This document shows positions 21,657-31,601 of a stretch of DNA of 59,866 nt, piece after piece. This DNA comes from Escherichia coli (GTDB taxonomy: Bacteria > Pseudomonadota > Gammaproteobacteria > Enterobacterales > Enterobacteriaceae): assembly GCF_003334385.1 (NCBI RefSeq), contig NZ_QOWN01000029.1; one strand, given 5' to 3'. A program made the position numbers and the translations under genes. How positions within the stretch are numbered: position 1 is the stretch's first letter; each line of letters opens with the position of its first letter. The notes under the pieces are model-generated. The model did no database searches. It was not told where the DNA came from and was given only the letters and a program-made list of their open reading frames with translations.

Positions 21657-23735
21657 TTAAATCAATGCCGATTTATCAATTCCCAGCCGCTTCATCCGTG
21701 ACAGCAGGGTCGTGCGTTTCAGCCCCAGACGTTGCGCAGCGCCTTTAGGCCCGGCAACCACGCCGTTGGTTTCTTTCAGCACGCGCACAATCAACTGATA
21801 TTCATCTTCGCCCTCCAGGGCGACAACCGTTGCGGCAGGCGGCGTTTCAGGTTCCGGTAAAACAATATCTGGCAATGACAGCTGCAGCACGTTACCGCGT
21901 GTTAGCAATACCGCGCGCTCAATGACGTTTTCCAGTTCGCGTACGTTACCCGGCCACTCCATGTTGCTCAAGGTGCGCAGCGTCTCGGCAGGAATGCTGT
22001 CGATATTGCGCCCCAGACGACGGGCAATTTTGAAGGTAAAGGCTTTCGCCAGCAGCGGAATATCTTCCGGACGCTCGCGTAGTGGCGGCAGGTGAATCGG
22101 GAATACGTTCAGGCGGTAATAGAGATCGCTACGGAACTCACGGTCGGCGACCATTTTTTTCAGATCGCGGTTAGTCGCGGCGATTAGACGCACGTCCGTC
22201 TGAATGATTTTGTTGCTGCCGAGACGTTCAAACTCCTGTTCCTGCAATACACGCAGCAACTTCGGCTGTAACTCCAGTGGCATATCGCCCACTTCGTCGA
22301 GGAACAGGGAGCTTTTATCCGCCAGTTCAAAACGACCGATACGCTGGGCGCTGGCACCGGTAAAAGCCCCACGCTCATGACCAAACAGATCGCTTTCCAG
22401 CAATCCGGCAGGCATCGCCGCGCAGTTCATTTTGACCATGCGGCGATTATTACGCCCACTGAGATTATGGATCGCACGGGCAATCAGCTCTTTACCCGTG
22501 CCAGTTTCACCGAGGATCAGCACGGTACTGTCACTTTGCGCCACCATTTCAACTTGTTTAAGCACGCTGTACATGGCTTCGCTGCGGCCAATAATCTCGC
22601 CAAATTCACTATCAACATTGTTGAGCTGCTCGGTCAGGGCGAGGTTTTCATCAACCAGCCGTTCTTTCAGACGATGGATTTCCTGATAGGCGAGGGCGTT
22701 ATCGACAGCGATTGCCACACGTTCGGCAATCTGGCGCAGTAAATTCAGATTGGTAGTGGTAAACACTTTCTCTTCGCATTGCGCCAGTTTCAGCACGCCC
22801 AGCATGGTGTCGCCAGACATCAGCGGTAACAGGCACAAGGTTTGAATCTGGTTGCCCCAGGTGTCGAACAACATGCGTTCATAGGGGGCTAAATCGTCCC
22901 GCTCGTGGAGATTGATCAGCAGCATCTCTTTACTTTTGAACACGCGTTCGGTGAGGGTTCCGGCTTCATCGACTTCGCTCTGTTCGTGGGCGGGATGCTG
23001 TTTATCAAGATAGTGAGTGGAGTAGATGTTGAGTTTGTTTTTACGGTGGCTGCGTAAGACGATACTGATATCGTCAATGTCGAAATAGTAATGGATTTCT
23101 TTGGCGACTTCGCTGACCAGTTCGTCCATATCCAGGCGGGAAAGCACCGCGTTGGTGATGGCGACCAGGATGCGGAAGTTATCGCGTTCCCGGCATAACA
23201 ACTCATAGTCGACATTGTTAACGACGCGGCTCTGGATTTGTTCGGTGACGACAGAAACGATCTGCGTAAATGTTTGCAGACGATTGAACTCTTTTTCGCT
23301 CCAGGGGCGATCGTCATAACGAATAAATTCACAGCCACCAAAAATATGCCCTTCCGCCGCCAGTGGCATCAGGCAATAGTGACCAAATTTTGGGTATAGC
23401 CCACCTGCGTCCAGCTGCGGCCAGGTTTCACAAAATTCTTCGTAACTGCAATGCAGCGTATCAGGGCGCGACAAAATGCTGCGTACCGGACCGTGTGCCA
23501 GAACAGTTTCGTCTTCATATTTAATGGGGGTGTCTTTTTCACGCGACGCGTAATAAGACGCACGTTGAGTCTGCGCTTGCCACAACACAATAGCCGCGTT
23601 GTCGGCGAGCGCAGAACGCTTTACCAGTTGCGAAAGAGCCTCACACAGCGAGGCCAGATCGGGCTGCTGCAATAGTGTCCGAGTGATGTCGAACAACCCT
23701 TGTTGTCCGAGATCACTCATCGGTGTATATGACAT
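21657..23735 (-). CDS. fhlA: Formate hydrogenlyase transcriptional activator (sigma54 enhancer-binding protein)
   Basis: 692-aa product from MSYTPMSDLGQQ; GAF domains, AAA+ sigma54-interaction domain ([14 protein letters not shown]), C-terminal HTH. Confidence 0.95.
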   Translation of the reverse strand: MSYTPMSDLGQQGLFDITRTLLQQPDLASLCEALSQLVKRSALADNAAIVLWQAQTQRASYYASREKDTPIKYEDETVLAHGPVRSILSRPDTLHCSYEEFCETWPQLDAGGLYPKFGHYCLMPLAAEGHIFGGCEFIRYDDRPWSEKEFNRLQTFTQIVSVVTEQIQSRVVNNVDYELLCRERDNFRILVAITNAVLSRLDMDELVSEVAKEIHYYFDIDDISIVLRSHRKNKLNIYSTHYLDKQHPAHEQSEVDEAGTLTERVFKSKEMLLINLHERDDLAPYERMLFDTWGNQIQTLCLLPLMSGDTMLGVLKLAQCEEKVFTTTNLNLLRQIAERVAIAVDNALAYQEIHRLKERLVDENLALTEQLNNVDSEFGEIIGRSEAMYSVLKQVEMVAQSDSTVLILGETGTGKELIARAIHNLSGRNNRRMVKMNCAAMPAGLLESDLFGHERGAFTGASAQRIGRFELADKSSLFLDEVGDMPLELQPKLLRVLQEQEFERLGSNKIIQTDVRLIAATNRDLKKMVADREFRSDLYYRLNVFPIHLPPLRERPEDIPLLAKAFTFKIARRLGRNIDSIPAETLRTLSNMEWPGNVRELENVIERAVLLTRGNVLQLSLPDIVLPEPETPPAATVVALEGEDEYQLIVRVLKETNGVVAGPKGAAQRLGLKRTTLLSRMKRLGIDKSALI

Positions 23736-23808
23736 TTTGTTCTTCCAGGAAAGCACCGCAAAGCGGTGCAAAAGGTCATTGACTAACTATAGGAGATTTA
23801 GAATTTTA

Positions 23809-24819
23809 TTAGCATATACGCGGAAGCGGTTCGGCGTGTGGTAAATCGAGGGTTCGTTTCACGCCATACAGACCGGCAAGACGAACACCTTTACGTTCCA
23901 CCACTTCACCAATCAGCGCCGCGTCTTTCCCCAGTGGATGGGAATGTAACGCTGCCAGCACTTGCTCTGCCGCGTTGCGTTCAACAGCTATTACTAGTTT
24001 GCCTTCGTTGGCAAAGTTCAGGGCGTCCAGTCCCAGCAATTCGCAAACGCCACGCACGGCAGGTTTAACAGGCAGTGCCGCTTCTGAAAGTTCAATACCA
24101 CAACCGCAGGCTGCCGCGAACTCATGAACCACCGCGTTTACACCACCACGGGTGGCATCACGCAGCGCTTTCACGCCGGGAATGTCACGCAGCGTCTGAA
24201 TAAGCGGCGTCAGCACCGCGCAGTCGCTGACCAGTTCGCCATCCAGCCCCAGCTGCTCACGCAGGTTAAGGATAGTCGCCCCGTGGTCGCCGAGTGTACC
24301 GCTCACCAGCAATACATCGCCTGCGGTTAGCGTCTGTGCGCCCCAGTGAATATTCGCCGGAATTGCGCCCATGCCAGCGGTGTTGATAAACAGTTTATCT
24401 ACCGCGCCGCGCTGCACCACTTTAGTATCGCCAGTAACGATGGCAATGCCTGCCGCGCGGGCGGTTTCTGCCATGCTGGTCACTACGGCTTTCAGTGTCT
24501 CCATCGGCAATCCTTCTTCGAGGATAAAGCCACAGGAGAGATAGCGCGGAATAGCGCCACTGACCGCAACGTCATTGGCTGTGCCGCAAATCGCCAGCTT
24601 GCCGATATTACCGCCAGGGAAGAACAGCGGGTCAATAACGTAACTGTCGGTGGAGAACGCCAGACGGTCGCCTTCCGCTACCAGCTGCGCCAGATCAAGA
24701 CGTGCCTGATCTTCCTGCTCTGCCAGCCACGGGTTGGCAAAGGCTTCCATAAACAGGCTGTTGATTAATTGCTGCATCGCCTGGCCGCCGCTACCGTGGG
24801 CGAGTTGGATATTATTCAC
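23809..24819 (-). CDS. hypE: Hydrogenase maturation protein HypE (carbamoyl dehydratase)
   Basis: 336-aa ORF, AIR-synthase-like, C-terminal PRIC. Confidence 0.95.
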   Translation of the reverse strand: MNNIQLAHGSGGQAMQQLINSLFMEAFANPWLAEQEDQARLDLAQLVAEGDRLAFSTDSYVIDPLFFPGGNIGKLAICGTANDVAVSGAIPRYLSCGFILEEGLPMETLKAVVTSMAETARAAGIAIVTGDTKVVQRGAVDKLFINTAGMGAIPANIHWGAQTLTAGDVLLVSGTLGDHGATILNLREQLGLDGELVSDCAVLTPLIQTLRDIPGVKALRDATRGGVNAVVHEFAAACGCGIELSEAALPVKPAVRGVCELLGLDALNFANEGKLVIAVERNAAEQVLAALHSHPLGKDAALIGEVVERKGVRLAGLYGVKRTLDLPHAEPLPRIC

Positions 24820-25937
24820 GCTTCACTCTCCTGCTGACGATACTGATACCACGCGGCGCACGCTCCTTCGGAGGAAACCATCAGCGCACCAAACGCGGTT
24901 TGAGGATTACAGGTGTTACCAAACAGCGGGCATTGATGCGGCTTACATTTGCCCGTTAATACCTCACCACAACGCGCGCGCGGGTCATCGCAGACCTGCT
25001 GCGGTGCCGGGCGGAAATGTGCTTCGGCATCGAATCGTTGATAATCCGGCGTCAGGTGCACGCCAGAAGATTCAATCACGCCTAAGCCGCGCCATTCGCT
25101 GTCGCCGTTGACACAGAACACATCGGCAATCGCCTGTTGCGCCAGCAGGTTACCGGCATCCGGTACCACTCGACGATACTGATTCTCTACCTTGCTGTGG
25201 GCCGCTATTTTCTGCTGCACCAGCATGACCACGCCTTGTAGTAGATCAAGGGGTTCGAATCCAGCAACCACCAGCGGACGATGAAAATCGCTGGCGATAA
25301 AATTATAGGCGTCGGTGCCGATAACCATACTGACGTGACCCGGCGCGAGGAACGCATCGATACCGTTATCCGGCTGTTCCAGCAAACTGCGCAACGTCGG
25401 GATAAGCGTAATGTGCTGGCAGAAGAAGTAAAAATTCTGCACATCACGCGCTTTCGCCTGTTGCAGAGTGATAGCGGTGGTCGGCATAGTGGTTTCAAAA
25501 CCTAAGCCGAAGAACACCACTTTGCGGGTTGGATTCTCCTGCGCCAGTTTCAACGCATCCATCGGCGAGTAAACGATGCGCACATCGGCACCGCGTGCTT
25601 TTGCCTGCAACAGCGATCCCTGTTTCCCCGGCACGCGCATGGCGTCGCCAAAGGTACAGAAGATGACTTCCGGATGGCTGGCAATCTCCACGCAGGTGTC
25701 GATTCTACCCATCGGCAGTACGCACACCGGGCACCCCGGACCGTGGATAAACTCAACGTTTTCCGGCAGTAACTGGTCGAGGCCGAATTTAAAGATAGCG
25801 TGGGTATGACCGCCACACACTTCCATAATCCGCAGAGGGCGTTCGGCGGTGTAAGAGAGATGTGAAGCACGTTCGCGCAGATGCTCAATTAACTGCATCA
25901 CCTGTTCCGGCGCGCGATATTCATCAACAAAACGCAT
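24816..25937 (-). CDS. hypD: Hydrogenase maturation protein HypD (Fe-S)
   Basis: 373-aa ORF with CGxH and GPGCPVC motifs. Confidence 0.95.
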   Translation of the reverse strand: MRFVDEYRAPEQVMQLIEHLRERASHLSYTAERPLRIMEVCGGHTHAIFKFGLDQLLPENVEFIHGPGCPVCVLPMGRIDTCVEIASHPEVIFCTFGDAMRVPGKQGSLLQAKARGADVRIVYSPMDALKLAQENPTRKVVFFGLGFETTMPTTAITLQQAKARDVQNFYFFCQHITLIPTLRSLLEQPDNGIDAFLAPGHVSMVIGTDAYNFIASDFHRPLVVAGFEPLDLLQGVVMLVQQKIAAHSKVENQYRRVVPDAGNLLAQQAIADVFCVNGDSEWRGLGVIESSGVHLTPDYQRFDAEAHFRPAPQQVCDDPRARCGEVLTGKCKPHQCPLFGNTCNPQTAFGALMVSSEGACAAWYQYRQQESEA

Positions 25938-26209
25938 TATTTTTCCTCGCCATACAACAGCGCGCCGACATCCGGCTCAACGTCAAACATGTTTTGTAAG
26001 GCGTCGAGAGTGTCGCGTGCTTCGGCTTCATTAATTACGCTCATGGCAAAGCCAACGTGTACCAGTACCCACTGGCCCACGCGCGGCTGACCGTTTTCAT
26101 CGCAGTTGCCGACTAACGTTAAATCGACATCGCGCTGAATGCCGCAGACGTCGACTTTCGCCTGGTTGCCGTCAATGGTGCGGATCTGGCCGGGAACGCC
26201 TATGCACAT
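25937..26209 (-). CDS. hypC: Hydrogenase maturation chaperone HypC
   Basis: 90-aa product starting MCIGVPGQ (conserved N-terminal Cys2). Confidence 0.9.
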   Translation of the reverse strand: MCIGVPGQIRTIDGNQAKVDVCGIQRDVDLTLVGNCDENGQPRVGQWVLVHVGFAMSVINEAEARDTLDALQNMFDVEPDVGALLYGEEK

Positions 26210-27072
26210 CGCTGTGTCTCCAGCCAGTTCAGCCACTGGTCCATCCCTTCGCCGCTGGTGGCGGAAATAAGGATGATTTCAATTTCTGGATTGACTTCGC
26301 GGGCGCAGGCGATGCACTTTTCAACGTCAAAGTTGAGATACGGCAACAGGTCAACTTTGTTGAGCAGCATCAGCGAGGCGGCGGCAAACATATGCGGATA
26401 TTTCAGCGGTTTGTCTTCACCTTCGGTAACGGAAAGCACCGCCACTTTGTGTTTTTCACCGAGATCGAAGCTGGCCGGGCATACGAGGTTGCCAACGTTT
26501 TCGATAAACAGAATACCGTTATCGTCCAGTGGCAGACGCGGTGCGGCGTCGGCAATCATCTGTGCGTCAAGATGGCAGCCTTTACCGGTGTTCACCTGAA
26601 TCGCTGGTGTGCCGGTAGCGCGAATGCGTGCGGCATCGTTCACGGTTTGCTGGTCGCCTTCAATAACTGCGCACGGAACGCTGTCTTTCAGGCGCATTAG
26701 GGTTTCCGTCAGCAGGGTGGTTTTACCGGAACCAGGGCTGGAAACCAGGTTGAGCACCAGTTGCTTGCGGGCAGCAAAGCGCGCGCGGTTGCGTTCAGCC
26801 AGACGGTTATTTTTGTCCAGCACGTCAATTTCGACTTCCAGCATCCGACGCTGGCTCATGCCCGGTGCGTGAGTGCCCGCTTCGCCATGACCGTAATGCA
26901 GGTCGCCTTCTTCAGTCTGGCTGGGGGTAAATTCAGGCGCTTTAATGCCGGTGATTTTCATCTTCGGGCGTGCCGCCGGGGCAAATGGCGCGCTACGAAA
27001 CGCGGAATGAGGGTTATGTTCATCACCCTCGATATACAGGTTGCCTTCACCGCAACCGCATGTTGTACACAT
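26200..27072 (-). CDS. hypB: Hydrogenase nickel incorporation GTPase HypB
   Basis: 290-aa ORF, N-terminal CxxCGC metal site, His-rich stretch, GTPase motif GSGKTT. Confidence 0.95.
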   Translation of the reverse strand: MCTTCGCGEGNLYIEGDEHNPHSAFRSAPFAPAARPKMKITGIKAPEFTPSQTEEGDLHYGHGEAGTHAPGMSQRRMLEVEIDVLDKNNRLAERNRARFAARKQLVLNLVSSPGSGKTTLLTETLMRLKDSVPCAVIEGDQQTVNDAARIRATGTPAIQVNTGKGCHLDAQMIADAAPRLPLDDNGILFIENVGNLVCPASFDLGEKHKVAVLSVTEGEDKPLKYPHMFAAASLMLLNKVDLLPYLNFDVEKCIACAREVNPEIEIILISATSGEGMDQWLNWLETQRCA

Positions 27073-27075
27073 CGC

Positions 27076-27426
27076 TCACTCCTGGTCTATTTCTATCCGC
27101 CGAATCTGTAAACCGTCGTCTGCCACAATCTGCAGCATGTCACCATGACACTGTGGACAGCGGCGGACGCGCTGGGTCAGTAGCGTCACATACTGTTGGC
27201 ATGTTTCACACCAGCATTCGGCCTCTTGTTCTTCGAGGTGCAGTTTACAACCTTCCGCCACGCTGCCGCGGCAAACCAGATCAAAACAAAAGGCAAGAGA
27301 GCTGGTTTCGACACAAGAAAATGCGCCAATTTTGAGCCAGACCCCAGTTACGCGTTTTGCGCCGTGTTTTGCGGCCTGCTGTTCGATCAATTCCAGTGCC
27401 CGTTGGCAGAGGGTTATTTCGTGCAT
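27076..27426 (-). CDS. hypA: Hydrogenase nickel incorporation protein HypA
   Basis: 116-aa product starting MHEITLCQ with two CxxC zinc motifs. Confidence 0.9.
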   Translation of the reverse strand: MHEITLCQRALELIEQQAAKHGAKRVTGVWLKIGAFSCVETSSLAFCFDLVCRGSVAEGCKLHLEEQEAECWCETCQQYVTLLTQRVRRCPQCHGDMLQIVADDGLQIRRIEIDQE

Positions 27427-27457
27427 ATCGCCTCCCATTAACTATTGCCAGCTACAA

Positions 27458-27472
27458 GCAATAATTGTGCCA
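27458..27472 (-). promoter_or_regulatory. sigma54 (-24/-12) promoter for the hyp operon
   Basis: Minus-strand TGGCACAATTATTGC (GG-N10-GC), about 30 nt upstream of hypA start. Confidence 0.65.
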
Positions 27473-27585
27473 GTGTTGATTATCCCTGCGGTGAATAATG
27501 TCGATGATGTCGAAATGACACGTCGACACGGCGACGAAATTCATCTTTAGCTTAAAAATCTCTTTAATAACAATAAATTAAAAGT

Positions 27586-27601
27586 TGGCACAAAAAATGC
27601 T
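27586..27601 (+). promoter_or_regulatory. sigma54 (-24/-12) promoter for the hyc operon
   Basis: TGGCACAAAAAATGCT (GG-N10-GC), about 37 nt upstream of hycA start. Confidence 0.65.
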
Positions 27602-27637
27602 TAAAGCTGGCATCTCTGTTAAACGGGTAACCTGACA

Positions 27638-28099
27638 ATGACTATTTGGGAAATAAGCGAGAAAGCCGATTACATCGCACAGCGGCATCGTCGCCTACAG
27701 GACCAGTGGCACATCTACTGCAATTCGCTGGTTCAGGGGATCACGTTATCGAAAGCGCGCCTGCATCACGCCATGAGCTGCGCGCCGGACAAAGAACTCT
27801 GTTTCGTCCTTTTTGAACATTTTCGCATTTACGTCACCCTGGCGGATGGCTTTAACAGCCACACCATCGAGTATTACGTCGAAACAAAAGATGGCGAAGA
27901 CAAACAGCGGATTGCGCAGGCGCAACTGAGCATTGACGGCATGATTGATGGCAAGGTCAACATCCGCGATCGCGAACAGGTTCTGGAACACTATCTCGAA
28001 AAAATCGCTGGCGTTTACGACAGCTTATACACCGCTATTGAAAACAATGTGCCGGTGAATTTAAGCCAACTGGTAAAGGGACAAAGCCCGGCAGCATGA
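27638..28099 (+). CDS. hycA: Formate hydrogenlyase regulatory protein HycA
   Basis: 153-aa ORF starting MTIWEISEKADYIAQRH. Confidence 0.9.
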   Translation: MTIWEISEKADYIAQRHRRLQDQWHIYCNSLVQGITLSKARLHHAMSCAPDKELCFVLFEHFRIYVTLADGFNSHTIEYYVETKDGEDKQRIAQAQLSIDGMIDGKVNIRDREQVLEHYLEKIAGVYDSLYTAIENNVPVNLSQLVKGQSPAA

Positions 28100-28223
28100 G
28101 CTGAGGCTTTGCCCGTTTTGCAGGCGTTACGCCTGTTTGGGGATGGGCGTGTCGATGAGTGTCGAAAATGACATTTCATCGGCATGTTTTCGTCAAAAAT
28201 GACAATCACCTGAGGAATGCCTG

Positions 28224-28835
28224 GTGAATCGTTTTGTAATTGCTGACTCCACGCTCTGTATCGGCTGCCACACTTGTGAGGCCGCCTGTTCAGAGACGCA
28301 TCGCCAGCACGGCCTGCAATCAATGCCGCGCCTGAGAGTGATGCTGAATGAAAAAGAATCTGCGCCGCAGCTCTGTCACCACTGTGAAGATGCACCCTGC
28401 GCGGTGGTCTGCCCGGTTAACGCCATCACCCGCGTCGATGGGGCCGTGCAGTTGAATGAAAGCCTGTGCGTAAGCTGCAAGCTGTGCGGCATCGCCTGCC
28501 CGTTTGGCGCAATTGAATTTTCCGGCAGCCGTCCGCTGGATATTCCGGCAAACGCCAATACCCCGAAAGCGCCACCGGCACCGCCTGCTCCGGCGCGTGT
28601 CAGCACATTGCTTGACTGGGTGCCAGGTATTCGCGCGATCGCCGTCAAATGTGACCTTTGTAGCTTTGATGAACAAGGTCCGGCCTGCGTGCGGATGTGC
28701 CCGACTAAAGCCCTGCATCTGGTGGATAACACCGATATCGCCCGCGTCAGCAAACGTAAGCGTGAGCTGACCTTTAACACGGACTTTGGCGATCTCACCT
28801 TGTTTCAGCAGGCTCAAAGTGGAGAGGCTAAATGA
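28224..28835 (+). CDS. hycB: FHL complex iron-sulfur subunit HycB (4x [4Fe-4S] ferredoxin)
   Basis: 203-aa ORF with four CxxCxxCxxxCP clusters. Confidence 0.95.
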   Translation: MNRFVIADSTLCIGCHTCEAACSETHRQHGLQSMPRLRVMLNEKESAPQLCHHCEDAPCAVVCPVNAITRVDGAVQLNESLCVSCKLCGIACPFGAIEFSGSRPLDIPANANTPKAPPAPPAPARVSTLLDWVPGIRAIAVKCDLCSFDEQGPACVRMCPTKALHLVDNTDIARVSKRKRELTFNTDFGDLTLFQQAQSGEAK

Positions 28836-30658
28836 GCGCAATTTCCCTGATCAATAGCGGCGTGGCGTGGTTTGTCGCCGCCGCTGTTCTGGCATTTCTC
28901 TTTTCTTTTCAAAAAGCGTTAAGTGGCTGGATAGCTGGAATTGGCGGCGCGGTTGGTAGTCTGTATACGGCAGCCGCGGGCTTCACTGTACTGACTGGCG
29001 CGGTTGGCGTGAGCGGTGCGCTGTCGCTGGTAAGCTACGATGTGCAAATCTCTCCGCTTAACGCGATTTGGCTGATTACGCTCGGTCTGTGCGGTCTGTT
29101 TGTCAGCCTCTACAACATTGACTGGCATCGCCACGCGCAGGTGAAGTGCAACGGCTTGCAGATCAATATGTTGATGGCTGCCGCCGTCTGCGCCGTCATT
29201 GCCAGCAACCTCGGCATGTTCGTGGTAATGGCCGAAATCATGGCCCTGTGCGCGGTGTTCCTCACCAGCAACAGCAAAGAGGGCAAACTGTGGTTTGCGC
29301 TGGGGCGTCTTGGCACTCTGCTGCTGGCGATTGCTTGCTGGCTGCTGTGGCAGCGTTACGGCACGCTGGATCTGCGCCTGCTGGATATGCGTATGCAACA
29401 GCTGCCGCTCGGTTCCGATATCTGGCTGCTCGGAGTGATTGGCTTTGGCCTGCTGGCCGGGATTATTCCGCTGCACGGCTGGGTGCCACAGGCACATGCG
29501 AACGCCTCTGCGCCAGCTGCCGCGTTGTTTTCTACGGTAGTCATGAAAATTGGCCTGCTGGGCATTTTAACCCTGTCACTGCTGGGCGGTAATGCACCGC
29601 TGTGGTGGGGGATCGCGCTGCTGGTGCTCGGCATGATCACCGCGTTTGTCGGTGGTCTGTATGCGCTGGTGGAGCACAACATCCAGCGCCTGCTGGCTTA
29701 CCACACCCTGGAAAATATCGGCATCATCCTGCTGGGGCTGGGCGCTGGCGTAACGGGTATCGCGCTCGAACAACCGGCGCTGATTGCTCTTGGCCTGGTC
29801 GGTGGTCTGTACCATCTGCTTAACCATAGCCTGTTCAAAAGCGTACTGTTCCTCGGGGCGGGGAGCGTCTGGTTCCGTACCGGTCATCGCGATATCGAAA
29901 AACTCGGTGGTATTGGCAAGAAAATGCCGGTTATCTCCATCGCCATGTTAGTCGGGCTGATGGCAATGGCTGCGCTGCCGCCGCTGAATGGTTTTGCCGG
30001 GGAATGGGTTATCTATCAATCATTTTTCAAACTGAGCAATAGTGGCGCGTTTGTTGCCCGTCTGCTGGGGCCGCTGCTCGCTGTGGGGCTGGCAATTACC
30101 GGTGCGCTGGCGGTGATGTGTATGGCGAAAGTCTATGGCGTCACGCTCCTCGGCGCGCCGCGCACCAAAGAAGCCGAAAACGCCACCTGTGCGCCGCTCC
30201 TGATGAGCGTAAGCGTAGTGGCACTGGCGATTTGCTGCGTAATTGGCGGTGTTGCTGCGCCGTGGCTACTGCCGATGCTCTCTGCTGCTGTACCTCTGCC
30301 GCTGGAGCCTGCTAACACCACCGTTTCTCAACCGATGATCACGTTGCTGCTGATTGCCTGCCCGCTGCTGCCATTCATCATTATGGCGATTTGCAAAGGC
30401 GATCGTTTGCCATCGCGTTCCCGCGGTGCGGCCTGGGTGTGCGGTTACGACCACGAAAAATCAATGGTGATTACCGCTCACGGTTTTGCCATGCCGGTGA
30501 AACAGGCGTTTGCGCCGGTGCTGAAACTACGCAAATGGCTGAATCCGGTGTCTCTGGTGCCGGGCTGGCAGTGCGAGGGGAGTGCGTTGCTGTTCCGCCG
30601 GATGGCGCTGGTTGAACTGGCGGTACTGGTGGTGATTATTGTTTCACGAGGAGCCTGA
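28832..30658 (+). CDS. hycC: FHL complex membrane subunit HycC (NuoL/Mrp antiporter-like)
   Basis: 608-aa polytopic membrane ORF. Confidence 0.95.
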   Translation: MSAISLINSGVAWFVAAAVLAFLFSFQKALSGWIAGIGGAVGSLYTAAAGFTVLTGAVGVSGALSLVSYDVQISPLNAIWLITLGLCGLFVSLYNIDWHRHAQVKCNGLQINMLMAAAVCAVIASNLGMFVVMAEIMALCAVFLTSNSKEGKLWFALGRLGTLLLAIACWLLWQRYGTLDLRLLDMRMQQLPLGSDIWLLGVIGFGLLAGIIPLHGWVPQAHANASAPAAALFSTVVMKIGLLGILTLSLLGGNAPLWWGIALLVLGMITAFVGGLYALVEHNIQRLLAYHTLENIGIILLGLGAGVTGIALEQPALIALGLVGGLYHLLNHSLFKSVLFLGAGSVWFRTGHRDIEKLGGIGKKMPVISIAMLVGLMAMAALPPLNGFAGEWVIYQSFFKLSNSGAFVARLLGPLLAVGLAITGALAVMCMAKVYGVTLLGAPRTKEAENATCAPLLMSVSVVALAICCVIGGVAAPWLLPMLSAAVPLPLEPANTTVSQPMITLLLIACPLLPFIIMAICKGDRLPSRSRGAAWVCGYDHEKSMVITAHGFAMPVKQAFAPVLKLRKWLNPVSLVPGWQCEGSALLFRRMALVELAVLVVIIVSRGA

Positions 30659-30660
30659 GA

Positions 30661-31584
30661 ATGAGTGTTTTATATCCGTTAATTCAGGCGCTGGTGTTAT
30701 TTGCCGTTGCGCCGCTGCTCTCCGGTATAACCCGCGTGGCGCGCGCCCGCTTGCATAACCGTCGCGGGCCGGGCGTGTTGCAGGAGTATCGCGACATTAT
30801 CAAACTGCTGGGGCGTCAGAGCGTCGGCCCGGATGCCTCCGGCTGGGTGTTCCGCCTGACGCCGTATGTGATGGTGGGCGTCATGCTGACTATCGCTACT
30901 GCGCTGCCGGTGGTGACCGTCGGTTCTCCGCTGCCGCAACTGGGTGATTTGATCACCTTACTGTATCTCTTTGCCATCGCGCGTTTCTTCTTTGCCATTT
31001 CTGGTCTGGATACCGGTAGCCCGTTTACCGCTATCGGCGCGAGCCGTGAAGCGATGCTTGGCGTGCTGGTCGAACCGATGCTGCTGCTTGGTCTGTGGGT
31101 TGCCGCACAGGTTGCCGGTTCCACCAACATCAGCAACATCACCGACACCGTTTATCACTGGCCGCTGAGCCAGAGCATCCCGCTGGTACTGGCGCTTTGT
31201 GCCTGTGCGTTCGCCACCTTTATCGAAATGGGCAAACTGCCGTTCGACCTGGCGGAAGCCGAGCAGGAGCTGCAGGAAGGCCCGCTCTCTGAATACAGCG
31301 GCAGCGGCTTTGGCGTCATGAAATGGGGTATCAGCCTGAAACAGCTGGTGGTGTTGCAGATGTTCGTCGGGGTGTTTATTCCGTGGGGACAAATGGAAAC
31401 CTTCACCGCCGGTGGACTGCTGCTGGCGCTGGTGATTGCCATCGTAAAACTGGTGGTCGGCGTCCTGGTTATCGCGCTGTTCGAAAACAGCATGGCCCGT
31501 CTGCGTCTTGATATTACTCCGCGCATTACCTGGGCTGGGTTTGGCTTTGCATTTTTAGCGTTCGTCTCCTTGCTGGCGGCGTGA
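30661..31584 (+). CDS. hycD: FHL complex membrane subunit HycD (NuoH-like)
   Basis: 307-aa membrane ORF. Confidence 0.95.
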   Translation: MSVLYPLIQALVLFAVAPLLSGITRVARARLHNRRGPGVLQEYRDIIKLLGRQSVGPDASGWVFRLTPYVMVGVMLTIATALPVVTVGSPLPQLGDLITLLYLFAIARFFFAISGLDTGSPFTAIGASREAMLGVLVEPMLLLGLWVAAQVAGSTNISNITDTVYHWPLSQSIPLVLALCACAFATFIEMGKLPFDLAEAEQELQEGPLSEYSGSGFGVMKWGISLKQLVVLQMFVGVFIPWGQMETFTAGGLLLALVIAIVKLVVGVLVIALFENSMARLRLDITPRITWAGFGFAFLAFVSLLAA

Positions 31585-31601
31585 TTAAAGAGAGTTTGAG
31601 C

